Origin: an uncultured Planctomycetota bacterium | Lineage (GTDB): Bacteria > Planctomycetota > Planctomycetia > Isosphaerales > Isosphaeraceae | Length of the DNA: 64,000 nt | Reading direction: 5' to 3' | NCBI GenBank assembly: GCA_963823665.1 | Contig: CAWGMQ010000007.1 | Coordinates: 832,001 to 896,000, forward strand | In this document: positions 62,897 through 64,000 of the stretch, one piece after another | Numbering within the stretch: the stretch's first letter is position 1 | Layout of the letters: the number at the start of each line of letters is the position of its first letter | Translations under genes and position numbers: made by a program | The notes under the pieces: generated by a model | Databases searched by the model: none | Seen by the model: only the letters and a program-made list of their open reading frames with translations | What the model was told of the DNA's origin: nothing

Positions 62897-64000
62897 CTTT
62901 GTCCTTACCATCATCTTCATCATACCGATGAAGATACGTCGATGATAGCCTCGGCGCCCCGGATCATGATCTGCAGCTTGTCCCAACCCCGCCAGATCGT
63001 CATCCAACCTGGCTCCCCATCGTGGCGGCGGCCCAGGAACCCTCCCAGCTTGGCCAACTCCCGAAAAAATCCTCCCGCAGTTAATATTGTCGTGGGCGTC
63101 AATCTGCGCACCACCTTCAGCATCATCACGTATTTGGGCGGTACCACCTCGGTCGCAGGCTGCTCGGGAGCTGTCCGCGCCATTCCCTTCAACTGGAACA
63201 ACCGCAGTGCTTCCACAGACATCAATCCCATCATGGCTTCGAGACGATCGCACGTCTTGAGCTGGCGACGTTCTACCTGAAAGCCTGTTTTCAGGACCTT
63301 GTGCCACTCCTCGATTAGCCACCTCTTCCCGTAGTACCCCACGATCGCCATAGCATCTTCAAAATCCTCCACCAGCAAAGAAGTGTAAAGCACCCACTCG
63401 ATCGCCTCCACTCCGTCGGCAGCATCTACCTCGCGCACCCAGACGACCCACATGGGGATCGCCGCGGGCTTGACCTGCTTCAGAAATGGGCTTTTGAGTT
63501 TCGGCGTCGGCATCCGTAAGGCCCCGATGGCGACCACCAGCTTGGCCGTCCGAGCCGGTGCTTTGGGGCGAGCCCGCAGATTGAGCGTGTAACATCCAGC
63601 CCGCGGCAGGGTCCCTAAGTAGGCTTTCAGCGGCGTTTCCCCGCTCTCCGGCGTGATAATGATCCGGATCAGGCTCTTGGCTCGCGCCACCCATTCGGTT
63701 TCTGTCTGCTGGCAGTGATAGAAAAACTCAAAGTCGTCGGCGCCACGATCAACTACGTGAATCCAGGAGGTTCCCGACGGCGGGGATCCCATTTGGATGA
63801 CAAGATCACCCCAGATCTGTGATTCGCGATCGTCACGCTGCAACCGTTCGGTCCGCGTCTCCCCCTTACGAACGCGCTGACGATGATAGATCAGTTGTCC
63901 GGCCAAGCCGTGAACCCGGTCGTCTTCGGGGGAAACCATCAAACCCGAGCGAAGGTGAAAGCCTTGTCCGATACCCGAACCAACCGGCGAAAGACCTGTG
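62897..64000 (-). mobile_element. IS4-family (IS50/Tn5-like) insertion sequence, partial; transposase 62920..>64000
   Basis: HVVDRGAD, YREK-type YGKRWLIEEWHKVLK, LGGFLGRRHDGEPGW dimerisation tail; visibly lower GC; the frame stays open to the window end. The end at ctttgtccttacc is inferred. Confidence 0.9.

Noticed and set aside
1..64000. tRNA, rRNA, prophage or integrase
   Set aside because: No cloverleaf or rRNA signatures, and no integrase or phage structural genes were recognised.

Overview
GC-rich bacterial DNA whose gene content (DUF1501 plus PSD1/cytochrome c pair, planctomycete extracellular-signal proteins, PEP-CTERM protein, planctomycete-type ECF sigma, hopanoid genes) points to a planctomycete, probably Isosphaeraceae-like (inference). 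Many genes, including housekeeping ones, are split by single-base indels, most likely long-read or assembly errors. Layout: (1-12.5 kb) at least three tandem signal-peptide TPR-CHAT proteases (a PDZ-like insert is seen in the two complete copies), a membrane Ser/Thr kinase with a DUF4384-like outer domain, a G1 glutamic peptidase and a divergent ECF sigma factor; (12.5-27.7 kb) DUF1501/PSD1, an AraC cassette with a duplicated operator-like leader, a TPR-sulfotransferase, an XRE regulator, and a divergent pair of paralogues carrying the same domain with two different export signals; (28-42.6 kb) a CzcCBA-like efflux region with two paralogous small acidic 'NDPxDDGTSRDP...RC' ORFs, each first behind a sigma70-like promoter; (43-62.7 kb) core genes holA, shc-hpnH-hpnG, hslVU, tsaE, thiL and glycerate kinase, with GTAG-type REP hairpins; and a partial IS4-family (IS50/Tn5-like) transposase at the right edge. 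No rRNA, tRNA or CRISPR array was recognised. All family assignments come from motif recognition by eye, not database searches.
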